A DNA stretch of 64,000 nucleotides. Origin: Perkinsus chesapeaki ATCC PRA-425 (lineage: Eukaryota > Protista > Perkinsozoa). Of this stretch, positions 61,677 through 64,000 are shown in pieces (the stretch's first letter is position 1; each line of letters begins with the position of its first letter). The notes below the pieces were generated by a model. It was not told the DNA's origin, searched no databases, and saw only the letters and a program-made list of their open reading frames with translations. The DNA lies in the NCBI GenBank assembly GCA_013115145.1, contig JAAPAO010000009.1:97157-161156 (forward strand), given 5' to 3'. The translations under genes and the position numbers were made by a program.

Positions 61677-64000
61677 CCATGCTGATGTGGTGATGAGGGT
61701 TGTTCATGAAGCTGTTAGCAGTCGGATCGATGATGTTGTCCAACTCATAGGCTAGTTGAGTTCTAGTACGTCACTTACTCTGGGCTCTGGGCTTATTCCC
61801 TGGCTTGGACGGGTATACGTGAGGCATACCTCCAGCGAGTTGTGTACCACTATCCCCGCTGGAAGAAGGCTTCTGGTAGTTCTTGCTCATGAGCTCTCCA
61901 TCTTCATCATCACCACCCTCCTCGCCAACTTCATCATCATCTTCGAGTTCACCGTCCAGTCCCACAGCGGCGGTATCGAAGGCCAGTCCTGGATCAGCAT
62001 TTGCTAAGGATTTTGTAGACGATGAAGCCGGTAAGATAGCAGACCAATGTTCAGCTTGACCAGTCTATCCATTGGTAAAGAGACGTCATGATTGTATAGG
62101 AATGTGCATGTGATGGTTACCTCAGTGGAGGGTTACTAATAAAAGCATCCTTTATTTTCGGCAGAATATTCGATAACTCTGCTCCACAGTGCGTGCTCCT
62201 CCTCAGGGTCCTCCTCACCAGGGGGATCTCCCGGGCACGAGAACGATCTATTCGGTGCGGAGGATCCTCATGAAGAAGCACCTAACTCGGAGGATGAATT
62301 GATGGATGAAATCGAGGCTGAGAAGGTGGGGATTCCATTACTGGTTGAAGGGAGTCCTCGTTACCCAGCATGAGATGAAAGGAACTCAATCTGTTGTCGA
62401 TAGGAAAGAGCACCGTCTCCATTGGAAGAGCCTACCAACTCGCCACCGGAGGACAGGACTGCTCCTCGAGAGCATGCTCAACACCGTCCAGTCCGAGGGA
62501 TGACGGTACAGCCGTCTTTCTGCCCCGGGGCCAACACCCTGCAGGGAATCGAGGCGACTGACGGGAATAATGGCATCAATAAGGTTCGGTGTTGCCGAGC
62601 TGGGGTGAAGTTATAGTCAGGATAGATACTTCTCTGTTGGAACTCCTACGGTATAGTAACAAGGCAGATGCTAACTCCACCGGATGTGGTGCTGCCAGAT
62701 GATGAGGTCCCCGAGAGTGCCATTGAAGTACGAGATTCTGACACCTCTAACTGTTAACATGGTGCTGTCAGACAACCTACACTACTCCTGGTGCACCTTC
62801 ACGCATCCATCGCCTTAAAGATTCAGTGTACGGATGGTCGATGGCCAGCATCAGCGATAAAGGCGTCGTTCTTGGTGCGTCCGCAAGCCATCTGTCGCCT
62901 CCTGATCGGCTTCTAGGTGCGCCGTGCTCGGCTACCGAGTCCTCTGAGGAAGATGTGTATGATGAAGATGACTTTGTAACGGATGCAAAACCGTCCGGCG
63001 GTGAGGCTTCACAGAACGTCGCTCGAGTAAGCCAATGAAAGGGTGCATGCTCGGCTCAAGAAGCTGCCGTGTTCTCGAGGTTCATTTCCGACCATCTGCC
63101 ACCTATCGGCCAGGGATATCCAATTCCGGCCCTCGAGATTGGACGGCAACGATTCCCCTCGGGGAGCAGCTTATCACTGTGGCGATTGGTAGAGACTTCA
63201 TTGCTGCCCTCACGTTCTGCAGGAAAGTCGGCGCGCAAGTCCGCATTTGGTAATGAGACCTTCGATGAAGATTTAAACGGTGGCCGTAGGTCCCTAAATG
63301 CTGGTCTTCCAACGAATGTTATCACGGTCGGAGGGCCGACCAGTCGGCCTGTAAGTCTAGCTGCGTCCCCCTTGAGTGGGGTTATCTTGTGGGCTGTAGC
63401 GGAAGATGGCGGAGATGCCACTAAGATCAGGTAGGCCGGATATCTCTGTCTAGGCCCCAGAGGGGATCCATAGATACTCACTGGTCCGTACGGCTGGTAG
63501 TGGCAGCCGCGTTGGCCTGCTGGCTGAGGGGCCATTACCGGTCTCTGGTGACGTCCACCACCACGCCGGCCAAGGACCGATGCTCACATGGATTGGGTAT
63601 CCCTAGATCATCTGTGGCTTATGGCACTGATGTTGTTTAGAATGACGGCCGAATCCATTCCGCTTTCGATGGACAGTGTGGGTGTCATGCGAGCCCTCGT
63701 CCCAATGGGCGTTACAGTCGGCTGTCCCTCGACACAACTCAAGTAGTTGGCGGCTGTAGCTGATTGGCCATCCTCCCATGCTTAGGTGGATGCCGGTGTA
63801 CGATTGTATGGCAGAGCTTCAAAGAGAGAACGAGGGCTTTTGGGCCATAGGAGGGACTGGTTGGCCTTCAACAGCCTTACATGGCACCGATCCCAGCGTT
63901 CTTCAGGCGTCACTTTACACATGTGCAGAACTCGGTACGAAGATGCCTACGAGCCTCGAGGCATGGCGCTGCCCCGGATCATACCCTCGATAATGTGGAG

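Noticed and set aside
61756-64000. Acidic and Pro-rich ORFs on both strands at the window end, including a C-terminus faintly like pelota/eRF1 (LSGISAIFRY)
   Set aside because: I could not build a consistent gene model or decide the strand, and the similarity is too short

Overview
Gene-dense eukaryotic nuclear DNA (about 50% GC by eye) with many short GT-AG introns (mostly 30-70 nt) and spacers often under 300 bp. An alveolin-type repeat protein and a myzozoan-type extended COX5b point to an alveolate, most likely Perkinsus (inference, not verified). Genes recognised by manual exon stitching: coatomer zeta, a SUMO-like-domain protein, an alveolin, an RI-type LRR region running in frame into a haemolysin-III/PAQR 7TM protein, two intronless AAAP amino-acid transporters, mitoribosomal uL15m and mL49, LSm2, COX5b, MPP10, DOHH, PheRS alpha, RBBP4/MSI1, citrate synthase, SmD3, an SH3+ELMO protein, serine carboxypeptidase S10, a SMYD methyltransferase, PGAM5, MoaC, a secreted permuted NlpC/P60 protein and EFHC/Rib72, plus several hypothetical genes. 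Non-coding features: a 237-bp MITE, a degenerate tRNA-Met-like relic, intronic palindromes and hairpins, and a 55-bp direct repeat. The most striking signal is a histone H4 helix-1 peptide (14/18 identical) in a short frame at 46250-46303 that the ORF track misses. Exon boundaries are manual, and many start codons are approximate.
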